Of a stretch of DNA of 64,000 bases, positions 61,992 through 64,000 are shown piece by piece. The translations under genes were made by a program, and so were the position numbers. The stretch's first letter is position 1, and the number at the start of each line of letters is the position of its first letter. A model generated the notes under the pieces. It had not been told where the DNA came from. It saw only the letters and a list, made by a program, of their open reading frames with translations, and ran no database searches. Origin of the DNA: Lingula anatina (Eukaryota > Animalia > Brachiopoda); contig CM120641.1 in the NCBI GenBank assembly GCA_051362555.1, forward strand, positions 12,028,001 to 12,092,000, read 5' to 3'.

Positions 61992-64000
61992 CTAAAGAAA
62001 ACAAAATATCACGCATTTCAATAATGTAGTTATTCTAAACAATAAGCAAGATGACAAATGGGTAGTTCAAGCACAGCAAGACTTCCAGAGCATATACTAG
62101 TAATGAGACCTGTTCAGTGATCTAAAGACAAACCATAACCATGACAGCACAAATCAGTGAGGTCAGCTCAGTTATCCATATGGCAATATATCAGATTATG
62201 ATAGCCTAGCTCTGTATGTCTCTAATAAAAGTTCACAAATTATCATTATTATCAGGACTATGGCTCCTTTATCATAAGCAGCCAATTTTCCAATTCTGTT
62301 TTTCATAAATTCAGGTCATTCTTCCATATGACCTCAATAATGGACTGTAGACAGACATTAGTAATGAACCTCAGACTCCAAAAGTAATCGGTTCAATATT
62401 TTTTTTTTTTACAAAATCTTAATGATTCATACAATGAAGAGAAACTGAGGATTTACCAGCATCCTCTAAAACAAATTTTCAAATATACTTTTTTAATATG
62501 ACCAAATCTCCAAACAGTTGCTTGTTTGGGGAAAAGATAAGTCTCAGAGTAGTTGTGGATTTGTTTTCCTGAACATATGGACACAATTGCACTGTTTGAA
62601 ATGACAAATGGTCCCAGGCCAGGGACATTCCATCTTCCTTATCAAAAAGTGTTTCTATAAGGTACAGTAACAAACCACATATTAGTCATTACTTTGCCCC
62701 CTCCCCATCCTCCACATAAAAAGGTACAAGCTAGCTCAGGAAATCATGCAACCAAATGCTCAGGATGTAATTACTTAGTATCAGACTATCATAAGAAAAT
62801 TGAATTTCAGTTTAGTGTGTCTTTATGGCTCATTATCAATACTCTTTTAATCTCAGTAGTGATGTAGTGATAAATATGGCATTTACTTATTGATAATAAG
62901 CACATAGCTTCTTGTTTAATAGGTCTTTGAACTAGTCCCTTGTCGCCTAAATCATCTTTTTTTTCTGATAAATTTATGTCTTGCACACCTACATTTTCCC
63001 CAAAACTATATTAAACTGTGAAAAAATGTCAAATAAATAATTTAAATGAACCTAAAAACTGTAGGAAACATCTTAGGATACCATATTAATCTACCATAAT
63101 GAAAAAAAATTAGTTAACGATTTTAACGATTTTTATAAAATCTAACACACTCACAAACACACATATACATATACAAACATATGCCATAGAAAAAAAACTC
63201 TGAAACAAAAGCTTTTAGAATTCAGGAAATACAGAAACAGACATCAGACCCCCCTCAAACCAAGTGCACCTACTTTCTATAGCCCAAGCTATATTGTCCT
63301 ATTATTTATTTGGAAATTTGTGCCACATTTCTACATGGAAATCCCCGTTTCAGATCTATTCACGTTTTTTAAACACACCAAAGTTGACCACCACTTTGTT
63401 GACTGGGAATTTCTTTGAAAAATGCATGAATGATGCAACTTTTAGCAGGTGTATTGATTTCATGTCACTTCTAGACTTCCCTGCTGTGAAAATAATTATA
63501 CACATGCTTCTATTTTGTCACAATTTGTGCGGTTTGTCAATTTTGTTCACTTTAATTTAATCAAAGTGCTGCTGCTGCTGCATATTTGCACAGGTAATTG
63601 GTGTCTGAGAGGCCCCTGTTCTTTTTCTCTCACCATATCTTCATGCCAAAGACAACAGGATGGCAAGGGAATGCCTAGCGAGCTTGACTACTCAAACCAT
63701 TCATAAAGTTACATCATTATTCAGAAAAATGATGATAACGATGGGTATCCATTAATCTACCAAGCAAAACTTCAAATAAATATTATACTTTCCGTAAAGT
63801 ACAATGCAGATTGTCTCAAAAGTAGCAGCACAATGTCAATGGTATTGATAACACCTAATTTCATTACCAATTATTGGCTGTAAAATACAAACTTTATTTG
63901 CATTACCACAAAAACATTGATGACAGATAAATAACTGTAGATAAGTAATTATTAACATAAACAAAAGAAGAAGAAAGTCGTTAACTACTCGTGGGATACG

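Noticed and set aside
62000-64000. First coding exon of ZFAND3
   Set aside because: No CxCGFWG-type A20 start found on the minus strand; the region is treated as intron.

Overview
AT-rich, intron-containing animal genomic DNA, probably a marine invertebrate such as a lophotrochozoan (inferred from gene and repeat style, not proven). Eight spliced protein-coding genes can be reconstructed from GT-AG junctions: an unassigned basic, SP-repeat, coiled-coil nuclear-type protein (+); ZFAND4/ANUBL1 (+); an NBR1-like autophagy receptor (+); NT5C3 (-); a secreted VWA plus C-type lectin protein (+); SNRPD2 (-) head-to-head with FKBP2 (+); and the 3' part of ZFAND3 (-). Introns and intergenic DNA hold a 5'-truncated LINE, three families of Helentron-associated/DINE-1-like non-autonomous elements (two carry 146-bp and about 161-bp satellite cores), several fold-back MITEs and two nested insertions. 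The most notable signals are a minimal type I hammerhead ribozyme inside an inverted-repeat Penelope-like remnant, a mobile 146-bp satellite carrying a nuclear-receptor DR1 site in nearly every monomer, and an NBR1 that appears to lack its ZZ finger and has gained a DYTPPQN heptad array. No CRISPR, tRNA or rRNA is supported.
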